DNA from: an uncultured Acidimicrobiaceae bacterium
GTDB lineage: Bacteria > Actinomycetota > Acidimicrobiia > Spongiisociales > ZC4RG35
Direction of reading: 5' to 3'
Length of the DNA stretch: 63,295 bases
Assembly: GCA_964474055.1 (NCBI GenBank)
Contig: CAYYRT010000252.1
Span: 1-63,295, forward strand
Position numbers and translations under genes: made by a program
The notes under the pieces: model-generated
What the model was told of the DNA's origin: nothing
Databases searched by the model: none
What the model saw: the letters and a program-made list of their open reading frames with translations, nothing else
Part shown: positions 1-8,352 of the stretch, piece after piece
Layout of the letters: every line of letters starts with the position of its first letter
Numbering within the stretch: the first letter of the stretch is position 1

Positions 1-888
1 AACCACGGATGCACTCATCTGATCGTTGGGCGCGACCACGCCGGACCGGGCTCTGACTCCACCGGCCAACCCTTTTACGGTCCCTACGAGGCCCAGGAGA
101 TGCTGGCCAAATACCAGGACGAGTTGGGCGTGGCGATGGTCGACTTCAAGATGATGGTGTACGCACCGGATCTGGACAAGTACATCCCCGAAGACGAGGT
201 CCCGGAGGGCGTCAAGACGGTTTCGATCTCAGGAACCGACTTGCGCGACCGGCTGGCAACCGGGCGCGACATTCCCGAGTGGTTCACCTACCCCGAGGTC
301 GCCACGGAGTTGCGCCGCACCCATCCACCCCGGGCCAAACAGGGAGTCACGGTGTTCTTCACCGGGCTCTCCGGGTCGGGGAAGTCGACGATTGCCAACG
401 CATTGCTGGTCAAGCTCCTCGAGATGGGCGGACGGTCCGTGAGCATGCTGGATGGTGACCTGGTCCGCAAACATCTGTCCTCTGAACTCGGCTTCTCCAA
501 GGAGCACCGCGACATCAACATCCGCCGGATTGGTTATGTGGCCTCCGAGATAACCAAGAGCGGTGGTATCGCCATTTGTGCACCCATTGCCCCGTACGAC
601 GCCACTCGCAAAGCCGTGCGAAGGCTGGTGGAGGCAGGCGGAGGATTCATCCTGGTACATGTCGCCACTCCACTCGAGATATGCGAGGAGCGGGACCGCA
701 AGGGCCTCTATGCGAAGGCGCGGGCTGGTCTGATCCCGGAGTTCACCGGCATCTCCGATCCGTATGAGGAGCCCGCCGATGCAGAGGTGGTGATTGATTC
801 GACCGCCTTCTCGCCCGACGAGGCGGCCAACCAGATCGTCCTCCATCTCGAGCGGCTCGGATACATCCGCGACACCGTCCTCGGTTGA
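1..888 (+). CDS. sat/cysC: Bifunctional sulfate adenylyltransferase / adenylyl-sulfate (APS) kinase, 5'-truncated by window edge
   Basis: Frame 1 is open from nt 1 (NHGCTHLIVGRDHAGPG, the ATP-sulfurylase GRDHAG motif) and runs into listed ORF 100..888. The C-terminal half has the APS-kinase P-loop GLSGSGKSTIA and LDGDLVR. Confidence 0.9.
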   Translation, partial: NHGCTHLIVGRDHAGPGSDSTGQPFYGPYEAQEMLAKYQDELGVAMVDFKMMVYAPDLDKYIPEDEVPEGVKTVSISGTDLRDRLATGRDIPEWFTYPEVATELRRTHPPRAKQGVTVFFTGLSGSGKSTIANALLVKLLEMGGRSVSMLDGDLVRKHLSSELGFSKEHRDINIRRIGYVASEITKSGGIAICAPIAPYDATRKAVRRLVEAGGGFILVHVATPLEICEERDRKGLYAKARAGLIPEFTGISDPYEEPADAEVVIDSTAFSPDEAANQIVLHLERLGYIRDTVLG

Positions 889-897
889 GGTAACAAG

Positions 898-2667
898 GTG
901 GGATGGGAAGCCTGGTTCTCCCTGGTTGTGGTCGTCGGCGTCCTGCTTGCTCTCGTCAAAGACCTGGTCGCCCCGGCCGTCGCCATGGCGGCCGGAATGG
1001 TTGCCGTCCTGGTGGCCGGAATCGTTACGCCGGCCGAGGCTCTGTCCGGGTTCTCCAATCCGGCCCCTTTGACCGTCGCAGGGCTTTTCATCCTGGCCCG
1101 TGCCGTCGAGAAGACCGGAGCGCTCACCCCGGTGGTCCGGGCGACGATGGGTGAGGGGTCTGGTGTTCGCCTTTCGTTGGCCCGCCTAATCGCTCCGACC
1201 TCGGTGGCGTCCGCCTTTCTCAACAACACACCGATCGTGGCGATGCTCCTGCCCCAAATTCGATCGTGGGCGGCGTCGCGGGGTCGGTCGCCTTCGCTCT
1301 ATCTCATGCCACTGTCATTCGCAGCCCTGTTGGGCGGGGTAGTGACGCTCATAGGCACCTCCACCAACCTGGTCATTTCAGGCCTGCTCGAGGCATCCGG
1401 GCAACCCGGCCTGGGCTTTTTCGAGATGACTGCGGTGGGACTGCCCATCGCGATAGTCGGCGGTGTGCTCCTGGTGCTTCTTACCCCGATCCTTCTCCCG
1501 ATCCGTCGGTCGGTCCGCGAGGAAACAGATGACGTTTCCCGCAAATTCGTCGTGGATATGGTGGTCGACCGGAATGGAGGCCTCAACGGAAAGACCGTCG
1601 AGGAGGCCGGCCTCCGTCATCTCCAGGGCTTGTTCCTCGCCACCATCGAGCGAGAAGGCGAGCTCATCGCTCCGGTCACACCGGAGACAGCATTGCATGG
1701 CGGCGACCGATTGCGCTTCGTCGGCAAGTCGGATCAGGTTGTCGACCTGCAAGCCACCCGCGGTCTCTCCTCCGCCGAGGCGGGCCACTTGATCGACCTC
1801 CAGAACGACCAGGCCCGGTACTTCGAGTCCGTGATCGGAGCTGATTCGACCCTGGTCGGAAAGACTCTGAACGAGGCGGAATTCCGGAGCCGTTACCAGG
1901 CGGCGGTGCTGGCGATTCATCGGGCCGGTCAGAGAATCGAGGCAAAGCTCGGCCAGGTTCCGCTAAGGGTCGGCGACACCCTGTTGTTGGTGGCCGACCG
2001 GGGCTTTCGGGAAAGATGGCGCGACCGCAACGATTTCCTCCTCATATCGACTCTTGGCGCCAAGCCCCCGGTTGCCACCAAACGGGCCTGGCTGGTGGGA
2101 GGGTTCACTCTGGGAATCGTCCTCACCGCCTCGCTCGGACTCTTACCCATCCTCAACGCCACCCTGCTGGCGGCAGTCGGATTGGTGGTTTTCCGGGTGC
2201 TGACGCCCGGTGAGGCGAGGTCGGCAGTCGATCTCGATGTGATCATCCTGATCGCCGCGGCCTTCGGAGTTGCTGCGGCGGTGGAAAGATCCGGTCTGGC
2301 TGAAGTAGTCGCGTCGGGATTGGTGGGTGCCTTCGACGGTTTGGGTCAACGAGGGGTGTTGTTGGGTGTGGTTCTGACGACGGTCATCCTCACGGCGGTA
2401 GTGAGCAACAACGCCGCGGCGCTGCTCATGTTCCCGATCGCGATCTCCGCCGCCGCCGCCACCGACATCGACCCCCGCGGTTTTGCGATCGCGGTAGCCA
2501 TTGCCGCCTCCGTCGATTTTCTCACGCCGATCGGGTACCAGACCAACACCATGGTCTACGGCCCCGGCGGATACCGGTTCTTCGACTATGCCCGGCTGGG
2601 GGCGCCGTTGACTGCGATCGTGATGATCCTGACGGTTGTGATCGTTCCCTGGAGGTGGCCGGCGTGA
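898..2667 (+). CDS. SLC13/DASS-type anion permease with two central TrkA-C-like domains (candidate sulfate importer)
   Basis: 589 aa. Hydrophobic N- and C-terminal halves flank a soluble ~200 aa insert with duplicated GKTVEEAGLR / GKTLNEAEFR TrkA-C-like segments. Sits between sat/cysC and a cysQ-like gene. Confidence 0.75.
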   Translation: MGWEAWFSLVVVVGVLLALVKDLVAPAVAMAAGMVAVLVAGIVTPAEALSGFSNPAPLTVAGLFILARAVEKTGALTPVVRATMGEGSGVRLSLARLIAPTSVASAFLNNTPIVAMLLPQIRSWAASRGRSPSLYLMPLSFAALLGGVVTLIGTSTNLVISGLLEASGQPGLGFFEMTAVGLPIAIVGGVLLVLLTPILLPIRRSVREETDDVSRKFVVDMVVDRNGGLNGKTVEEAGLRHLQGLFLATIEREGELIAPVTPETALHGGDRLRFVGKSDQVVDLQATRGLSSAEAGHLIDLQNDQARYFESVIGADSTLVGKTLNEAEFRSRYQAAVLAIHRAGQRIEAKLGQVPLRVGDTLLLVADRGFRERWRDRNDFLLISTLGAKPPVATKRAWLVGGFTLGIVLTASLGLLPILNATLLAAVGLVVFRVLTPGEARSAVDLDVIILIAAAFGVAAAVERSGLAEVVASGLVGAFDGLGQRGVLLGVVLTTVILTAVVSNNAAALLMFPIAISAAAATDIDPRGFAIAVAIAASVDFLTPIGYQTNTMVYGPGGYRFFDYARLGAPLTAIVMILTVVIVPWRWPA

Positions 2668-3473
2668 AGGATCGATCCGACGATATCGCCCGTATCGGGG
2701 AGGCACTGGCGGTGGCCGGAGCTGTCCTGAGCCGATTCCGCTCGGGCCACCTCGAGGCCTCAACCAAGGCCAACTCAGACCCTGTCACCGAGGCTGATTT
2801 GGCGATAGACCGCGCGCTGCGCAAAGTATTAGTCCGTGCTGGTGAGGCCTGGCTTTCGGAAGAGACCGTCGATGAACCGGCCCGATTGGCAGCCTCGCGC
2901 GTGTGGGTGGTCGACCCTCTCGACGGCACCAAGGAGTTCGTCGAAGGCATACCCGAATGGTGCGTATCGATCGCCCTGGTCGAGGATGGTGAGGCCGTCG
3001 CCGGAGGTGTTCTCAACCCGGCGGCTGACTTCCTTGCCCTAGGTGCCGTCGGCCTGGGGTGCCGACTGAATGGTGTGGCCGTTCGCCCGAGCACACTGTC
3101 AGACCTTGCCGGGGCCAATGTCCTGGCCAGCCGAAGCGAAGTTCGGCGGGGTGAATGGAGTGCCTGGGAGGGCAGCGAGGTGGCGATAACGGCCATGGGC
3201 TCGGTTGCCTACAAACTGGCCAGGGTTGCCTGTGGCTTGGCAGACGCCACCTGGACCCTCGTCCCCAAACACGAGTGGGATGTGGCCGCTGGTGTCGCGC
3301 TCGTCCAGGCAGCAGGCGGTTGGGCCGTGAACCTGGAAGGTCGGGCCGTGATATTCAATCAGCCGCGACCCTGGCTGTCCGGGCTGATCGCCGCCGCTCC
3401 CGGACTGGCCGGCCAGCTTCAGCCCGAGTTCCTCCTGGCTCGAGCCGGCTCATCGTCACCGGGTCTGCGATGA
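2655..3473 (+). CDS. cysQ: Inositol-monophosphatase-family 3'(2'),5'-bisphosphate nucleotidase (CysQ-like PAP phosphatase)
   Basis: WLSEE...WVVDPLDGTKEF metal-binding motif and WDVAAG motif of the IMPase/CysQ family. Start may be the GTG at 2664, which overlaps the upstream stop (GTGA). Confidence 0.8.
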   Translation: MAGVKDRSDDIARIGEALAVAGAVLSRFRSGHLEASTKANSDPVTEADLAIDRALRKVLVRAGEAWLSEETVDEPARLAASRVWVVDPLDGTKEFVEGIPEWCVSIALVEDGEAVAGGVLNPAADFLALGAVGLGCRLNGVAVRPSTLSDLAGANVLASRSEVRRGEWSAWEGSEVAITAMGSVAYKLARVACGLADATWTLVPKHEWDVAAGVALVQAAGGWAVNLEGRAVIFNQPRPWLSGLIAAAPGLAGQLQPEFLLARAGSSSPGLR

Positions 3474-3476
3474 ACT

Positions 3477-4490
3477 ATGCAGATCAGCCCACAGCAAGCA
3501 GGTGGTGACATGGACCGAACCGTTTGGGACGAGCGCCTGCTACCAGAAGTACTGGAGACCACGGCCCAATCGTTGGCCAGTTTGACCGGTGCCCGATTTC
3601 TGAGCCCGCAGTGGTCGGTTATGGAACGCATGGATCGCCGCAGCTCGACTGTGTTTCAGCTTCGCGTCCAAAGCAACACGGGACAATCCGCGGTCGTCTA
3701 TTACAAGGTCTTCAAACCCAGGAGGTTCGATCGCGGGACAGACCGCCTTGAGGCGATAGGACGCTTCATTCCCCTTACCAACTCGCTGAATCGTCTTCTC
3801 GCCGGTACAGGCGTGCAGGCCGCTCCGGTCCTTGCCGTAGACTCCGAACACTTGACCGTGGTAAGCCTGGCGATGGAGGGATACCCACTCAAGCAGGCCT
3901 ACCGGGACCGTGATCGAGGGATGCTCGACTCAACCCTCATGGCGGTCGGAGCAACTTGCCGCAGGATCGAAGCCATCACTCGGACCGGGAACCAGAAGCC
4001 CGAACCAATCGCCCTCGTCATGGTCGAACGACACCTTCATCGATTTCGGGACGTGTTCTCAAGTGTTCCTTCAGGAGAGGATCTCTTGCGTGGGTTGGCA
4101 GAGCAGTCGCTCGCAAACCCCGAGTCGACAGCGTTCGCACATGGCGATCTAAGCAACGGCAATATCCGGTGTGGGCTCGCAAATGTGGGGATCATCGACT
4201 TCTCTTGGGTCTCGCGACCAGTTGGATACGACCTTGCGAGAATGGTCTTCCGAACCTACCTCGAACCTAAGGTCCGAACATCAATGAAGCTCAACCTGAT
4301 CGGCAAGCTTTTCGAGGGATATGGGCCCGATGGCCTGGCCGTCGACCCCACGTGGCGCCTGGTTCGAGCGCTCACGATGACAACCTTCCTCAGTCGCCCA
4401 GGAGTTACTTCAGCGGTGCTTCGCACCAGAGTAAAGCATCAGCTTCGGACACTCCTGCAGGAAGGCGACCCCCTGCTTTTGGGTCGTTAG
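3477..4490 (+). CDS. Aminoglycoside-phosphotransferase/choline-kinase-like (APH fold) kinase, substrate unknown
   Basis: HGDLSNGNI catalytic-loop motif followed by IIDFSW (DFG-like), typical of the APH/ChoK family. Confidence 0.6.
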   Translation: MQISPQQAGGDMDRTVWDERLLPEVLETTAQSLASLTGARFLSPQWSVMERMDRRSSTVFQLRVQSNTGQSAVVYYKVFKPRRFDRGTDRLEAIGRFIPLTNSLNRLLAGTGVQAAPVLAVDSEHLTVVSLAMEGYPLKQAYRDRDRGMLDSTLMAVGATCRRIEAITRTGNQKPEPIALVMVERHLHRFRDVFSSVPSGEDLLRGLAEQSLANPESTAFAHGDLSNGNIRCGLANVGIIDFSWVSRPVGYDLARMVFRTYLEPKVRTSMKLNLIGKLFEGYGPDGLAVDPTWRLVRALTMTTFLSRPGVTSAVLRTRVKHQLRTLLQEGDPLLLGR

Positions 4491-4505
4491 CCGGCGAAAT
4501 CCGAG

Positions 4506-5588
4506 TCAAGCGACCACGGCCAGGGAGCGATCGGCCACATTCAGGGGCTTCACCCCGCCTTCGGTAACGGTGACAATGTCTTCGATGCGCACACCGAACC
4601 TGAGGGGCAAATAGATCCCGGGTTCGACTGAGAAACACATTCCTGGTTCGAGTGGCTCCTCGTTGCCGCTCACCAGATAGGGGTGTTCATGTGTTTCAAG
4701 TCCAATTCCGTGCCCGGTACGGTGGATGAAGTACTCGCCGTAGCCGGCGTCCTCAATCACACGGCGGGCGGCGGCATCTATCGCCTCGGCGGCGACACCT
4801 GGTCGCACCGCTGCTATTGCGCTGGCCTGGGCCGCTTGCACCACTCCGTGAACTTCAACCTGCTCCCGGCTCGGCGGGCCTATCGAAAAGGTGCGCGTGC
4901 AATCGGAACCATATCGACGGACCTTTCCACCGAAGTCGACCACCACCATGTCGCCTTGCTCCAACAGTCGGTCGCCGGGCTCGTGGTGGGGTGAAGCGCC
5001 ATTGGGGCCGGAGGCCACTATCCAAAAGGAAGCCATATCGTGACCCTCCTCGACGGTCATCTCAGTGACTCGATGAGAGAGGTCCCGCTCGCTTCTGCCC
5101 GAGAACCGCTCCTCCTTGAGCCGAACAACCACCCGGTCAGCTGCGGCTGCCGCCTCTGAAAGTGCAGCGATTTCGGAAGGGTCTTTCCGTATCCGCAGCG
5201 GCCGGGTGACCTTCGTGGCCGAGGCGAATTCGGTAGTCGGCATCTGTTCCATCAGCCGTAACAAGAAGTACGACCAGGTCTGATCACCGATCGCCGCCAA
5301 AGCCGCTCCCTTGGCCAGTTCGGCGACGATGGCGACCGGATCCTCGGTTTCCTGCCACGGTCTGATTCGAAAAGGACCTTCCTCTACACGTGGAGCCTCG
5401 AGTTGTGGCACCAGCAGGATCGGCTCTCCTGCCGGGGAGAGAACCAGCATGGTGAGACGCTCCATCGGAGTTGCCTCGTAACCGGTCAAATAGGGAAGGT
5501 CGGCTCCTAAGGAGAGAAGAAGGACATCGACATGATGTTTGGCCATTTGGACCCGTGCCCGGGCCATCCGATCTGCGTAGTCGAACAT
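4506..5588 (-). CDS. M24-family Xaa-Pro aminopeptidase/dipeptidase
   Basis: Creatinase-like N-terminal domain plus pita-bread metal ligands: VVVDFGG, HRTGHGIGLETHE, FSVEPGIY, RIED. Confidence 0.85.
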   Translation of the reverse strand: MFDYADRMARARVQMAKHHVDVLLLSLGADLPYLTGYEATPMERLTMLVLSPAGEPILLVPQLEAPRVEEGPFRIRPWQETEDPVAIVAELAKGAALAAIGDQTWSYFLLRLMEQMPTTEFASATKVTRPLRIRKDPSEIAALSEAAAAADRVVVRLKEERFSGRSERDLSHRVTEMTVEEGHDMASFWIVASGPNGASPHHEPGDRLLEQGDMVVVDFGGKVRRYGSDCTRTFSIGPPSREQVEVHGVVQAAQASAIAAVRPGVAAEAIDAAARRVIEDAGYGEYFIHRTGHGIGLETHEHPYLVSGNEEPLEPGMCFSVEPGIYLPLRFGVRIEDIVTVTEGGVKPLNVADRSLAVVA

Positions 5589-5787
5589 GGCCTAAAAGCC
5601 TACAAACCTCTCGCACTACTCTCACCAGTGGTGCCCACTCGTTATCTGTTGATTCTTTCGGCGATTGCTGCCGTCGCAATTCTGATAGCAGGGGCAATCT
5701 GGCTGCTTGGTCTGCTCGCTTGACCGTGGTGACCACGCTCCATCGACTGCTAGTTTGTCGAACCTTGACCTTCCGCCCCCGCTGCTT

Positions 5788-6318
5788 GTGATCTTTACCG
5801 AAACACCACTGTCGGGGGCCTTCATCATCGATCTAGAGCCCCGTCATGACGACCGCGGGTTCTTTGCCAGGGTGTGGAGTCTCGACGAATTCGAGCGGCA
5901 TGGTTTGAATACCCGAATAGTCCAGTGCAACACGTCTTTCAACCACGCGACTGGCACGATCCGGGGTCTTCATTTCCAGAGGCCCCCTCACGCCGAGGTC
6001 AAGGTCATTCGTTGCATTCGCGGCGCAATCTGGGATGTCATCGTCGATCTCCGACCTCACTCCGCCACCTACATGAAGTGGTTCGGCATCGACTTGACGG
6101 CTGGCAATAGGCGAACGTTGTACGTGCCGGAGAACTTCGCCCACGGGTATATCACTCTGGAGTCTGAAACCGAGACCTTCTATCAGGTGTCGGAGTTCTA
6201 CTCACCCGACCACGAGGCAGGAATCCGTTGGGATGACCCCGCAATTGGTATCACCTGGCCGATCGAGCCCTTAGTGGTCTCAGCAAAGGACGCAGCTCAT
6301 CCAGACTTCACGGGTTAG
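5788..6318 (+). CDS. rfbC: dTDP-4-dehydrorhamnose 3,5-epimerase-like (RmlC cupin) sugar-nucleotide epimerase
   Basis: LSGAFIIDLEPRHDDRGFFARVW, RGLHFQ, AHGY motifs. The listed ORF starts at 5707, but GTG 5788 gives a canonical RmlC N-terminus. Confidence 0.8.
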   Translation: MIFTETPLSGAFIIDLEPRHDDRGFFARVWSLDEFERHGLNTRIVQCNTSFNHATGTIRGLHFQRPPHAEVKVIRCIRGAIWDVIVDLRPHSATYMKWFGIDLTAGNRRTLYVPENFAHGYITLESETETFYQVSEFYSPDHEAGIRWDDPAIGITWPIEPLVVSAKDAAHPDFTG

Positions 6319-6329
6319 TCCCGTATGAA

Positions 6330-7619
6330 ATGATCATCGTCGATCAAGCTCTTAAGGCCCGCGACCTCGCCGGCCACCCGATCAGGGTCGGAATGGTCGG
6401 CGCTGGGTTCATGAGTCGGGGAATCACACTCCAGATGCAGTCCACTCCCGGGCTGCGACTTGTGGCGATTGCCAACCGCACCGTTTCCCGGGCGGCTGCG
6501 GTCTTCGCCGAGGCTGGAGTGACAGCGCCGGAAGAGGTAAACGACCTCGGCGCCCTCAATCGCGCTTTGGCAGGTTCGCGAACTGTTGTTACCCAGGACC
6601 CGTTGCTTCTGTGCCGGTCTGAACACATCGATGTTTTGATCGACGTAACGGGCACCGTCGACCATTCGGCCTACATCGCCCTCGAGGCGATTCGCCACAA
6701 GAAGCACCTCGTGCTCATGAATGCCGAGCTGGACGGCACCCTCGGACCGATCCTCAAGGTATATGCAGACAGGGCCGGAGTGGTCATCACCAACGCCGAT
6801 GGGGACCAGCCCGGCGTGCTCATGAACCTGTTTCGATTCGTCAAAGGGATAGGGGTGCGTCCGGTGTTGTGCGGAAACATCAAGGGCTTGCACGATCCTT
6901 ATCGGAACCCCACCACCCAGCGGGGATTTGCGCAGCAGTGGGGCCAGAACCCGTACATGGTCACGTCTTTCGCCGATGGGACCAAGGTCTCCTTCGAGCA
7001 GGCCATCGTTGCCAACGCCACCGGGATGCGAGTGGCACGGCGAGGAATGTTGGGACCCGAGGTCCCGGTGGGAACGTCGATCCAGGAGGCTGCCAACTGG
7101 TACCCACACGACCTCCTCCTCGATGGCCCGGGAATAGTCGATTACGTCGTGGGGGCAGTGCCCAGTCCAGGAGTTTTCGTGCTCGGCACCCACGATGACC
7201 CCGTGCAGCAGCATTACTTGAAGCTCTACAAGATGGGCGACGGTCCTGTCTACTGCTTCTACACGCCCTACCACCTCTGTCATTTCGAGGTGCCCAACAC
7301 CGCCGCCCGCGCGGTGTTGTTCGGTGATGCAGCAATCGCCCCGCTATCGGGGCCGCTGGTCGACGTCATCACAGCGGCCAAAGTTGACCTTGAGGCCGGA
7401 GACGAGATCGACCAGTTGGGCGGTTACAAGACTTATGGGCTGGCGGAAAACTCTGACGTGGCTGCCTTTCAGCGGCTGCTACCAATCGGCCTGGCGGAGG
7501 GATGCACGGTGACGAGGGCTGTTCACAAAGACGAGGTACTCACTTACGACGACGTAACCCTTCCAACGGGCCGACTAAGCGACCAGCTCCGCGATGAGCA
7601 ACGCGCCCATTTCGGCTAA
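6330..7619 (+). CDS. NAD(P)-binding oxidoreductase with C-terminal SAF-like domain (homoserine-dehydrogenase-like family)
   Basis: N-terminal Rossmann motif RVGMVGAGFMSRG. Overall length and architecture resemble the 'predicted homoserine dehydrogenase with SAF domain' group. The 3' end overlaps the next gene. Confidence 0.6.
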   Translation: MIIVDQALKARDLAGHPIRVGMVGAGFMSRGITLQMQSTPGLRLVAIANRTVSRAAAVFAEAGVTAPEEVNDLGALNRALAGSRTVVTQDPLLLCRSEHIDVLIDVTGTVDHSAYIALEAIRHKKHLVLMNAELDGTLGPILKVYADRAGVVITNADGDQPGVLMNLFRFVKGIGVRPVLCGNIKGLHDPYRNPTTQRGFAQQWGQNPYMVTSFADGTKVSFEQAIVANATGMRVARRGMLGPEVPVGTSIQEAANWYPHDLLLDGPGIVDYVVGAVPSPGVFVLGTHDDPVQQHYLKLYKMGDGPVYCFYTPYHLCHFEVPNTAARAVLFGDAAIAPLSGPLVDVITAAKVDLEAGDEIDQLGGYKTYGLAENSDVAAFQRLLPIGLAEGCTVTRAVHKDEVLTYDDVTLPTGRLSDQLRDEQRAHFG

Positions 7620-8352
7620 GCCACCGCGGGTAATAGGCGTCATCCCGGCGGCAGGTTGGGCGACCCGACTCGGGCTTACCGATAGGTCCAAAGAGATGTT
7701 GGAGGTGAGGGGGCGACCTGTGATGGACTACCTCGTCGAACGAATGAAGGTGGCTCTGCCTGATGCGATCCGCGTCATAACCCGACCACAAAAGCGCGAC
7801 GTCATCGCTCGATCTCACCATCTCGGCCTGCAAGTCATGACTGCCGAGACTCGGTCAGCTGCCGACTCGATCGAGATCGCGAGCGCAGATCTTGACCCTG
7901 AAGACCTGGTCTTGATCGGCTTTCCCGACTCGATCTGGGAGCCTGTGGACGGCTTCCGCGTCCTGCTCGATCACCTGACGGCGGAGCGGTCAGTAGTCCT
8001 GGGACTCTTCACCTCCGACGCGGCCGAGCGATCAGATGTCGTCACCGTCGATGACTCCGGGGTGGTGCACCAGATCCTCGCCAAACCATCGCCTCCACCC
8101 TCGAAGCTGATCTGGGCCTGTGCCGTCGCCAGGAGGTCGGCTCTGGAAGGGATTGGCTCGTTCGAGTATCCGGGAGAACACTTCGCCAACCTATGCGCAG
8201 AGGGTGTGGTCGGCGGGGTGTGGCTCTCCGACAGCTATCTCGACATCGGCACCCGGGACGCCCTCGAAGCCGTTCAGCCGCTAAAGGACTCCGGCTCCGA
8301 CCGAGGCCCGGGCTCCGGCGGCGTGATAGGAGGATCGCACCAGGGGCCCTGA
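7594..8352 (+). CDS. Sugar-phosphate nucleotidyltransferase family protein
   Basis: N-terminal VIGVIPAAGWATRL signature (G-x-G-T-R-L type NTP-transferase loop). Confidence 0.65.
   Translation: MSNAPISAKPPRVIGVIPAAGWATRLGLTDRSKEMLEVRGRPVMDYLVERMKVALPDAIRVITRPQKRDVIARSHHLGLQVMTAETRSAADSIEIASADLDPEDLVLIGFPDSIWEPVDGFRVLLDHLTAERSVVLGLFTSDAAERSDVVTVDDSGVVHQILAKPSPPPSKLIWACAVARRSALEGIGSFEYPGEHFANLCAEGVVGGVWLSDSYLDIGTRDALEAVQPLKDSGSDRGPGSGGVIGGSHQGP

Noticed and set aside
229-1229. Long antisense ORFs opposite sat/cysC and the permease (229..846-, 708..1229-). Many similar ones occur elsewhere (6315..7283-, 8674..10098+, 27192..28160-, 30268..31275-, 41541..42584+, 42914..43825+, 52631..53467+, 60008..60757-).
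   Set aside because: They are Arg/Pro/Gly/Ser-rich with no motifs. Each lies fully inside a gene on the other strand that has clear family signatures. These are typical stop-codon-poor shadow frames of GC-rich DNA.
5532-5723. Small ORF encoding a hydrophobic tail (VVPTRYLLILSAIAAVAILIAGAIWLLGLLA), possibly a ~31 aa membrane peptide starting at GTG 5628 in the pepP/rmlC gap.
   Set aside because: It has no ribosome-binding site that I can see and no conservation evidence. The upstream half overlaps the peptidase gene. It is too speculative to list as a feature.
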